A stretch of DNA of 53,273 nucleotides from a virus. Lineage: Duplodnaviria > Heunggongvirae > Uroviricota > Caudoviricetes. Numbering within the stretch: position 1 is the first letter of the stretch; every line of letters starts with the position of its first letter. The notes beneath the pieces are model-generated. The model had not been told where the DNA came from. It did not search any database and was given only the letters and a program-made list of their open reading frames with translations. Shown one piece after another: positions 46,167 through 53,273 of the stretch. The DNA lies in the IMG/VR virus record IMGVR_UViG_3300043464_002177; one strand, written 5' to 3'. The position numbers were made by a program, and so were the translations under genes.

Positions 46167-47126
46167 TTACGGTTCATATATACCTCTATTTCTGTAATCA
46201 TCATATGATTTGTATTTGTACTGATGTTCAGCATCTGGTTCTGTGTTTCTATGGTATTTCTTAACCTCGGCTTCAAAGTCAGAACGTCCTTCTATGCTTC
46301 TTTCGTGAGCATATACTTTGGTATTCACATATTCCTCATATGCTTTTATATCTTCTATTTTACCATCGGCATTATACCATTCACCAGGCGCGAACTCAAC
46401 CGCTACCAAACCATTATATGACCTTTGAAATCTACCAGCCATTTGATGTTTTTCTTCATCTGATAATTCTTTTGGTGAATCTATTTTAATTTTAGTTAAC
46501 CAACTCGCACCAAAAATTTCATTGATCGGTTTCTTATGTGTTACTTCTTTTTCGTTAATAACAAATCTATTAAAAATTGCTTTTAATTCTTTTTGGCCCT
46601 CGTTTAATTCTTCGCTATCAGCTACTTTACGTTTACCCATCATTATATTAAATTTGTCTTCCTTTCTTTTTCTTTCCGCTGGTGGAAGGTTATGTATTGT
46701 TCCTCTTTTAGCTGTATAATCATCATAAGAAGAATATTGATATTGATGTGGTGAATCCGGTTCGGTATTTCTTCTAGTTTTTTTAATATTTGCTTCAAAT
46801 TCAGCATTTTGTGGGCTTTTCCAGCGACCATATACTTTAGTATTCACATGATTTTCATAGTCTTCAATATTTTCTATTTTACCATCCATATTAAACCACT
46901 CACCAGGTTCGAACTCAACAGCAAGCAAGCCATTCCAACCTCGTTGAAATTTATTAGCCATTTCGTGCTTTTGATCATCTGTTAATTTTTCTGGTGAATC
47001 AATTTTGATCTTGGTCAACCATGTTGCACCCATCGATTCGTTAATTGGTGCTTTATAACCATGAGACTTATGCATCCCCATGATTTGTTTTCTTTCTTCT
47101 TCTGTTAAATTAAAATTCTTGTACAT
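46167..47126 (-). CDS. late protein with two tandem ~115-aa repeats
   Basis: Two copies of (A)xWLTKIKIDSP..FQR..NGL.AVEF.PGEW.N.DGKIE..VNTKVY. Confidence 0.85.
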   Translation of the reverse strand: MYKNFNLTEEERKQIMGMHKSHGYKAPINESMGATWLTKIKIDSPEKLTDDQKHEMANKFQRGWNGLLAVEFEPGEWFNMDGKIENIEDYENHVNTKVYGRWKSPQNAEFEANIKKTRRNTEPDSPHQYQYSSYDDYTAKRGTIHNLPPAERKRKEDKFNIMMGKRKVADSEELNEGQKELKAIFNRFVINEKEVTHKKPINEIFGASWLTKIKIDSPKELSDEEKHQMAGRFQRSYNGLVAVEFAPGEWYNADGKIEDIKAYEEYVNTKVYAHERSIEGRSDFEAEVKKYHRNTEPDAEHQYKYKSYDDYRNRGIYEP

Positions 47127-47434
47127 TATATAAATCTTTTAAATTGTGATTTTATTTTTTGAATTGATTCATTCATCATGGTATCATTACCTTCTTCTGA
47201 TTTAGTCTCACGATTTGGGTAATCCGCATAAGGTTCTGGTAATTTTTCCACATATGTCTCTAGAACGTATTTAATAGCCGCCATAAATCTCATCTCTTCA
47301 TTTGATCTAACACCCTGTGGATGATCAACATCTGATTCTGTATCTTCAACATCAGCTCTATCTGACATGTATTCATGAAGTTCTTCTAATAGTTCTACTA
47401 GTTCTCTTTTTGTTGCTGGATAGTAAAAGCCCAT
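47126..47434 (-). CDS. hypothetical protein
   Basis: C-terminal MMNESIQKIKSQFKRFI motif. Confidence 0.75.
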   Translation of the reverse strand: MGFYYPATKRELVELLEELHEYMSDRADVEDTESDVDHPQGVRSNEEMRFMAAIKYVLETYVEKLPEPYADYPNRETKSEEGNDTMMNESIQKIKSQFKRFI

Positions 47435-47521
47435 AATTTCTTGTTTTTATATAAATATATTATGTACATAAAAAAGCCCCACCAGTTATAGTGAGGCTCT
47501 CAAGTATTATGTTATATTTAA

Positions 47522-48316
47522 TTAAAATCTTTTGTATGTGGGTGTATACGGAAACTCAACACCATCTCTACCAACTTCTGATTTACCACCAATCTCTCTT
47601 TCTCTGCTTGTAATTTCGATATTATTAGATGCTGGGGTCTTCACTTTAACCATAGCATTATATGTTTTATCTCCAACAACACCATCGTCTTTTAATTGTT
47701 GACCTTTATCATCTTTATTTCCTCTCTGAAATTCAATTACTTTATTTTTTGTTATATTACCAAAATATCCGGTTTGGTGTTTTGTTTCCATACCCAATAA
47801 CTTTTGCAATTCTTTAACAGCTTCAGTGCTACAACCAAATTTAAGAACCTTAATACCACCTTCTTTAATGTCACCCAATGAAGCCGCACAATTTGTGGTA
47901 TTTACTGCAGGTGCCGCTGCTGCTGGGGCTTGAACCTTTCCTAAGTATCTTATTGCTTTAGGGTCCGCATCTGAAATAAATTCAACACCATTCGTACCAC
48001 ACTTCCATTTACCTTTATTGTGCGCACCACGTGCTATAATATTTCCTGTACCATCACTGTATAATACAACTCTTTCTGCTACACCACCTGAAACTGCACT
48101 CGGTAGATCATATGCATAATATGTTTTACCATCTCCGCTCTTTTGTGTGAAAAGCTTTGCATCAACACAAGATAAATCCGCTTTTTTCATTTCTGGTGTC
48201 CAAGAAGGAACCCCAAATGTTTGATTACTTCCTGCTGGTTGAACCAACTGCTCCTTTATTACGTTCTTAACTAAATTTACTAGTTCTGATTCTGTTAGTC
48301 TAATAACTTTTTTCAT
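47522..48316 (-). CDS. peptidoglycan-binding domain protein
   Basis: MKKVIRLTESEL start; AVKELQKLLG..GYFGNIT..VIEFQ..LKDDGVVGDKTY. Confidence 0.8.
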   Translation of the reverse strand: MKKVIRLTESELVNLVKNVIKEQLVQPAGSNQTFGVPSWTPEMKKADLSCVDAKLFTQKSGDGKTYYAYDLPSAVSGGVAERVVLYSDGTGNIIARGAHNKGKWKCGTNGVEFISDADPKAIRYLGKVQAPAAAAPAVNTTNCAASLGDIKEGGIKVLKFGCSTEAVKELQKLLGMETKHQTGYFGNITKNKVIEFQRGNKDDKGQQLKDDGVVGDKTYNAMVKVKTPASNNIEITSREREIGGKSEVGRDGVEFPYTPTYKRF

Positions 48317-48365
48317 GTCTATTTTCGATTTATTATAAATATATTATTATTGGATAATATCTTAA

Positions 48366-48872
48366 TTATACTTTTACTAAACTGATCTCAACACCACTTC
48401 CTACATTAATTTCAGCACTTGATCCTTGATTATCATGTAATTGAACTAGGGCCGCATTTAATTTATCTACAGGTACTTCTATTTCTAACCACCCATCTTC
48501 CGTTAAAGAACGATCCGGTATTAACTTTTTCATTATTTTAGCCACAGTGCCATTCGTTGGCATTACTTCACCTGACAACTTTCCAGTTCCCCTATTTCTA
48601 ACAACATTTCTAAGTTTGATATCGAAATCAATAAATCCATATGAACCAGAAAGTTTATAGGAGAATTTTGAGTTGGGTATTTCTTTTCCATCCTCACCTC
48701 TTCTTGTTAAATAAATAATGTTTGTATTATTGGTTCCACCAATTGGGTTATACCCCATTTTCGTTTTGTCCGTTAATGTATCAACAGTTGGGAATATGGA
48801 TATAAATGCCATTTTCTTTTGTTCTAATAACATTACCTCCCTTATTCTTGATATATTCTCCTGTAAGTTCAT
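48366..48872 (-). CDS. hypothetical late protein
   Basis: MNLQENISRIREVMLLEQ. Confidence 0.75.
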   Translation of the reverse strand: MNLQENISRIREVMLLEQKKMAFISIFPTVDTLTDKTKMGYNPIGGTNNTNIIYLTRRGEDGKEIPNSKFSYKLSGSYGFIDFDIKLRNVVRNRGTGKLSGEVMPTNGTVAKIMKKLIPDRSLTEDGWLEIEVPVDKLNAALVQLHDNQGSSAEINVGSGVEISLVKV

Positions 48873-48882
48873 TTGTTGATGT

Positions 48883-49347
48883 TTATTTGAACCAAACATA
48901 GTTGGGGTTCTTTTGTGAAATCTGTAATGGAACGTTTAATGCATACGCAACCTCTTCACCATTTTGCGTTCCATATAATTTACCAGGATTTATTATTACA
49001 ATTTCATTTGGTGCTTTATTTTGCATTATTTGAACATATTCGTCCATGCTCTTAACGGATAGTTCTTTAACAATTTGATTGGTTTCTTTATTCTTAATAA
49101 TACCACTAACAGGTTTATTTTTTATTATGTGTTGCAATTTTGCTTCTTCCAACAAATCCCAATCAACATCTGAGTTCTTATAGGACGCACCGTATGCGTT
49201 TTTAAATTGTTCATCTGTTTTTAACTTATTTACAAAAGCAATTGGATCTTTTATTAATTCATCCAAATAGCTTTTAAGGTCGGTAGATACTTGTTCATTA
49301 AGTCCCATTACCTGTTTGATTCTATGTATGTTTTCCTGTAAGTTCAT
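48883..49347 (-). CDS. hypothetical late protein
   Basis: MNLQENIHRIKQVMGLNEQ. Confidence 0.78.
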   Translation of the reverse strand: MNLQENIHRIKQVMGLNEQVSTDLKSYLDELIKDPIAFVNKLKTDEQFKNAYGASYKNSDVDWDLLEEAKLQHIIKNKPVSGIIKNKETNQIVKELSVKSMDEYVQIMQNKAPNEIVIINPGKLYGTQNGEEVAYALNVPLQISQKNPNYVWFK

Positions 49348-49350
49348 ATA

Positions 49351-50259
49351 TTAAAATCCGTATCTACTTTTTTCGTTATTAAAGTTTGATGCAACTTGAG
49401 AATCGGATATTGCACCATCATATATCTTAACCGTCATCAATCCTCCACCCCAATATTCAGCTCCGTCCCATCTTCTCATCAATCTAATACCACTCTCATT
49501 ACTACTTAAAGTTTGTCCTATTACCTCTTGAGTAAAACCAAGACCACCATTCACATATAGTTTAAGGTTTGTACCATCAAAACTACCAACAATATGGTAC
49601 CAAGCATTTGGGGTTGTTATTGAATAACCCGTATTTGTGTAGTACCAATTACCGTTGTAGAACGATGCGGCAACGTTTGCATTGTTTGGTGGACTAAATC
49701 CACTACAACCCAATGCATAGTTTATTCCATAAGAACCTCCTTGGAGGTACGCCTCACTAACAATGGTAGGTGCATCACCCGTATTGGTTCCTGTATAATA
49801 CTGCCAAACCTCCACGGTCCAAGTTGGTAGTAATGGAAGTGATGTTGGTGTATCAGCCCATTGATTGGTACCGTTAAATGTAAGGAACCCTACATACTCC
49901 GGTGAACCACGTAATGTGAATTCTTTCCCGCCAACCAAATCGGTCCAAGTTGTTCCCGTACCAGGATATGATAAAGGTTCACCCGAATCTAAATGTAATA
50001 ATAATGTGGTAGGTGGAACAGGTACATTAGACCAATCAACTATATAAGTTGCATAAGTCCCCATATCATTTGTCTTCTTTGTAACATTATACTCATAGGT
50101 ATTAATCAGAATTGACATCATGTTATCATTCATGTGTGGTGAATTTATAAATGTTCGATACTCACCTCTACTACATGCACTAACAACCATATCATTTATA
50201 TAACTTAATGAATCTATAATTGATTGACTATCTAATTCTGAATTTGTTGCTAATTCCAT
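49351..50259 (-). CDS. LamG / concanavalin-A-like lectin domain protein (tail-associated type)
   Basis: LLLHLDSG..SYPGTGTTWTDL, WTVEVW, WYHIVGSFDGTNLKLYVNG, KIYDGAIS. Confidence 0.88.
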   Translation of the reverse strand: MELATNSELDSQSIIDSLSYINDMVVSACSRGEYRTFINSPHMNDNMMSILINTYEYNVTKKTNDMGTYATYIVDWSNVPVPPTTLLLHLDSGEPLSYPGTGTTWTDLVGGKEFTLRGSPEYVGFLTFNGTNQWADTPTSLPLLPTWTVEVWQYYTGTNTGDAPTIVSEAYLQGGSYGINYALGCSGFSPPNNANVAASFYNGNWYYTNTGYSITTPNAWYHIVGSFDGTNLKLYVNGGLGFTQEVIGQTLSSNESGIRLMRRWDGAEYWGGGLMTVKIYDGAISDSQVASNFNNEKSRYGF

Positions 50260-50284
50260 TACGTTTTGTTTCTATGATAAATAC

Positions 50285-50512
50285 AAAAAATTCCCAAAAA
50301 TTTTTTTTTGACTTTAGGGGTATGATCCGGAATTACAGATTTTTTCTGGAAAATTTTTTTTTCTAAAATGGGGGTAAGGTCCCCTTTTCCAGATTTTTTC
50401 CGGAAAAATTTCTCTCACGGTATTGTCCCCCCTGTACAGATGCCAAAAAACCCCTTATATAAGGGGGGATACCGGAGGGGAGGGGGAGGGTAGGTATGCT
50501 ACCCCCTACCCC
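50285..50512. other. non-coding palindrome- and G-tract-rich element (candidate terminus / pac / origin)
   Basis: TTTTTCCGGAAAAA (50395-50408), CCCCTTATATAAGGGG (50451-50466), repeated TTTTC(C/T)GGAAAA, four G-runs at 50463-50490. Confidence 0.5.
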
Positions 50513-50916
50513 TTACTACATTCAGCACCCATACCCCTTTCAATACTTTCAGGGGTAGTCAATTTTCGCCCACACTTACAGCATCTACCCTCGTGCCATA
50601 TTTCAGTACGGCTATCTATTACCCCATTAAGCAGTCGGCTATAAATAAAGCCAAAAGCCAAAGCAGGTGCAAGACCTTTGTGGCTACTCTTGGCGGTTTG
50701 GAAAAAACCTCGTTGGTCGTTTATGCAACCTATATAAAGATAGTCGCTCTCGTTGTTAGCACCTACCAATAAAGATACAAAATACATATCGCCCTTATCG
50801 GCTTTGCGTACCTTATAAGTGTAACGGCTTGATTGACCTACAAAGGTTGCAGTCGCATTACCGCCTTGCAAAAATTCAAGGGCTTGGCTTGGGTTGGTTA
50901 TTTTTCTAGCATTCAT
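50506..50916 (-). CDS. DUF6011-like zinc-finger protein
   Basis: C-terminal EGRCCKCGRKLTTPESIERGMGAEC; start moved to MNARKIT. Confidence 0.75.
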   Translation of the reverse strand: MNARKITNPSQALEFLQGGNATATFVGQSSRYTYKVRKADKGDMYFVSLLVGANNESDYLYIGCINDQRGFFQTAKSSHKGLAPALAFGFIYSRLLNGVIDSRTEIWHEGRCCKCGRKLTTPESIERGMGAECSKG

Positions 50917-50956
50917 TTTAAGATAGTTTAATTGCGTTTTAAGACACTTTAAAAAA

Positions 50957-50978
50957 AAGGGGTAGGTTACCCTACCCC
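50957..50978 (-). terminator. intrinsic terminator (minus strand)
   Basis: GGGGTAGG-ttac-CCTACCCC preceded by an A-run on + strand. Confidence 0.75.
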
Positions 50979-50985
50979 ATTCCAT

Positions 50986-51576
50986 TTAATCCTCTACAAC
51001 CTCATAAATAACCCCATTCACACGCACCTCTCGGATAGACCTCAAACTCGGATTAATAATCTTGATTTGATTTTCTTTTGTCAAGCCTAATTGCTCGGCT
51101 TGTTTCTTGCTATCCCTATTCGGTAGGTATGGCTTTACTTGTTCATAGGTTAGGGGTTGCATATTGCCATCAAAATACTCGGCTTGGATAGTTGCCCCAT
51201 CGTGAAAAATAAATTGGTTGTAAAGTCGCTTATCATCAAAAGGAAGTTCGCCATCGGCATCGTGGCAAATAACACTACCACCCATTTTGATATTTGCGTA
51301 ATTGTGTGCTTGTGGGGTAAAGTTTGAGAAGTCAATTCCCATTTTACCACAAAGCAATTCTAATGCTCGTAGGTACTCACGATTTGCACAAAATACATAG
51401 TGTGCCATTTTGTAAACCCCACCACTAAAAAAGGCTTCGGTTTTTTTACCACCGCTTAAAACGGATTTGGTAAATAGAACAATGCCCTCAAAGGTTTGAC
51501 CTTTGATTGAAGTTAATAATGCGTAAAGTTGTAGGTAATTGATACGCACTCTTGGTTTTTGATTTTGCTTTTCCAT
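50986..51576 (-). CDS. hypothetical early protein
   Basis: ORF track; minus-strand TATCTTTG promoter at 51652-51659. Confidence 0.8.
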   Translation of the reverse strand: MEKQNQKPRVRINYLQLYALLTSIKGQTFEGIVLFTKSVLSGGKKTEAFFSGGVYKMAHYVFCANREYLRALELLCGKMGIDFSNFTPQAHNYANIKMGGSVICHDADGELPFDDKRLYNQFIFHDGATIQAEYFDGNMQPLTYEQVKPYLPNRDSKKQAEQLGLTKENQIKIINPSLRSIREVRVNGVIYEVVED

Positions 51577-51651
51577 TTTTTTATTGGTTTTAGCGTTTCG
51601 GTATCTTAATTGGGTGCTACCGATTTAACCCCTTTGGCTGATTTGCTGATG

Positions 51652-51836
51652 CAAAGATAAGGGGTTGCAAATTACTACGCAAATTTTTTTTTGTATTTGA
51701 AATAAATTTATTTTAAAAATGCCCTTAACTGCTTGGAAATGAATGTTTTAGGGGTAAAAAAAAATTTAAAAAAAAATTAATTTTAAAAAAAACTATATTG
51801 TTTTTGGTAATTTTAAAATAAAACTATATAACTTTG
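51652..51836. promoter_or_regulatory. divergent Bacteroidota-type promoters
   Basis: CAAAGATA (minus TATCTTTG) at 51652-59 and TAACTTTG at 51829-36, separated by A/T tracts. Confidence 0.7.
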
Positions 51837-51871
51837 CGTCAGCCTTTCGGTAGTGGGTTAACCGATATATT

Positions 51872-52717
51872 ATGTTTATGGAAACAACTATTTTAAAACA
51901 AGCAAATTTGGATTGGTCAGTTAATGCTGAAAGATTGGTTACTGCTGAAAGTAACATTGAAACAAAAAGCATTGCTATTGTTCGCCAGGATAACAACGCT
52001 ATCCTGGGGGTGCATGGCGATGGCTACCACCCTTTGCAAAATTCCGAAATGATGGAAATTCTTGACCGCATTAGCGGTAAAATGGGATTGCCATTACACA
52101 AAGGGGGGTACTTTGGTCAAGGGGAAAAAGTCTATATTCAATTAAAGACGCAAGACCTTAAAGTCGGTACGGATAAAGTTAAGGGTTACCTAACTTGCGT
52201 GAATTCTTTTGATGGTTCAACCTCTCTGGCTTTTGGGCATAGCAACCTAACTATTTCTTGCCAGAATACATTCTTTGCAAATTACAGAGAGATGGCAAAC
52301 AAGGTTCGTCATACACAGAAGATGCACGAGCGTATTGATATTATCTGTATGCAGATTGAAGATGTACTACGCGCTGAGCAAAAGATATTCCAGAGCATTA
52401 CCAGAATGAGCGAAGTAAAGATTGACCAGAAGGTTCGCGACATGGTGCTGGAAAGAATTCTTAATCTGGATAAGGAGGAGCGTCTGGCGGATCTAACTAC
52501 CTTGTCTACCAGAAAGAAAAATATATTGAGCGACCTTGAAGTGAATATCGCTGGGGAGGTTCAAGACAAGGGAGGCAATCTCTGGGGGTTATTCTCAGGT
52601 ATTACAAAGTATACCACTCATAGTTTAAAAGGGGATAGCAACGAGAATAAGTTGTTCGGGGTATATGGCCGTAGAGAGCGTGAAGTATTCGCTGAGTTAT
52701 CCCAGCTGGTTTCATAA
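51872..52717 (+). CDS. DUF932 family phage/plasmid protein
   Basis: LDWSV..AIVRQDN..LGV..YHPLQN..GG.F..G.KVYIQL..NSFDGS..ISCQNT..RHT..WGLFSGITKY. Confidence 0.88.
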   Translation: MFMETTILKQANLDWSVNAERLVTAESNIETKSIAIVRQDNNAILGVHGDGYHPLQNSEMMEILDRISGKMGLPLHKGGYFGQGEKVYIQLKTQDLKVGTDKVKGYLTCVNSFDGSTSLAFGHSNLTISCQNTFFANYREMANKVRHTQKMHERIDIICMQIEDVLRAEQKIFQSITRMSEVKIDQKVRDMVLERILNLDKEERLADLTTLSTRKKNILSDLEVNIAGEVQDKGGNLWGLFSGITKYTTHSLKGDSNENKLFGVYGRREREVFAELSQLVS

Positions 52718-52727
52718 GTGTACTACA

Positions 52728-52752
52728 AGGGCTGGTGAAATATCCAGCCCTT
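52728..52752 (+). terminator. hairpin after DUF932 gene
   Basis: AAGGGCTGG-tgaaatat-CCAGCCCTT. Confidence 0.6.
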
Positions 52753-52824
52753 AAAAATAATTTTTGGATATTAAAAGTTTATTGCTAAATTTGTCATACA
52801 ATTCTAATTAAAACTATTTCAATT

Positions 52825-53046
52825 ATGGGAAGTATCAAAATTACAACGGGTAACCACGGCTATTTTCTTAATGTTGATGGTATGGCTATTAAAAAGGACA
52901 ATCAATCCTTTTATGGTATTACAAGCACCAGAACCCCCAAAGCAAATAATTGGATTGCTACTGAATTCAGCGACCTAAAAGTATTAAGGGAATTTTGGAC
53001 AAAGTATCGTATCTTGATTTTAGAATCTGTTAAACAACCTAAATAA
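52825..53046 (+). CDS. hypothetical early protein
   Basis: ORF track; TAAATTTG promoter at 52786. Confidence 0.72.
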   Translation: MGSIKITTGNHGYFLNVDGMAIKKDNQSFYGITSTRTPKANNWIATEFSDLKVLREFWTKYRILILESVKQPK

Positions 53047-53054
53047 TTTCAATT

Positions 53055-53273
53055 ATGGAGAAAAATGTAAATGCACCCGAGAACCTTAAAGTTAAGGTAA
53101 GCAAATTCAAGTCCGACCTATCATTCAATGAATGGGCAGAGCAGTATAAAGTTGGACACGGGTATATTCAACCCACAAAGTATTTTCAAGGGAATGTAGG
53201 TGCTGGAATTCACCCACAAGTTAATGATGAACCTACATTCTGGGAAGAACTTAAAAGATTATTTATTATGCGT
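53055..53273 (+). CDS. hypothetical protein (partial, runs off window end)
   Basis: Manual translation MEKNVNAPENLKVKVSKFKSDLSFNEWAEQYKVGHG... Confidence 0.65.
   Translation, partial: MEKNVNAPENLKVKVSKFKSDLSFNEWAEQYKVGHGYIQPTKYFQGNVGAGIHPQVNDEPTFWEELKRLFIMR

Noticed and set aside
78-47000. Numerous short antisense ORFs in the track (e.g. 78, 2226, 3823, 5180, 5582, 16079, 17875, 29370, 33110, 40572, 43670, 46643)
   Set aside because: They lie fully inside longer genes with clear family motifs on the other strand or frame; no independent signals.
50423-50644. 73-aa + strand ORF and N-terminal extension of the 50506 ORF to 50985
   Set aside because: The first crosses the palindromic element antisense to a real gene; the second crosses a terminator.
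1-53273. CRISPR array, integrase, IS element
   Set aside because: No regularly spaced direct repeats and no recombinase or transposase motifs seen.

Overview
AT-rich segment of a large lytic (jumbo-type) phage genome, most likely infecting a Bacteroidota host. The host call rests on many TAnnTTTG promoters, A-rich starts without Shine-Dalgarno sequences, and Bacteroidota-style lipoprotein and outer-membrane genes. Layout: (1) 1-7.1 kb, a minus-strand operon of secreted, lipoprotein, lectin and cohesin-like surface proteins. (2) 7.2-15.3 kb, an RNA island: two tRNA arrays forming a non-redundant 25-tRNA set for all 20 amino acids, two remodelled tRNA-like RNAs, several candidate structured ncRNAs, a ~800-nt GOLLD-like RNA and a tmRNA. 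(3) 15.4-50.3 kb, metabolic, glycosylation and lysis genes (glf, glycosyltransferases, IMPDH/GMPR-like, GH19 endolysin, 2H+HAD RNA-repair-like enzyme), plus many late-type proteins sharing an N-terminal helix ending in (I/L)xE. (4) After ~50.3 kb, a palindromic G-rich element followed by an early-type region depleted of restriction-site palindromes. Main discovery: each tRNA array is preceded by promoter, short leader ORF and intrinsic terminator. The leader codons match the anticodons of that same array (26 consecutive codons for array 2, 17 for array 1), and the distal codons that break the match are the ones able to pair with the terminator 5' arm. This looks like a ribosome-stalling attenuator that senses shortage of exactly the tRNAs it controls. 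All calls were made by eye, without database searches or folding software.
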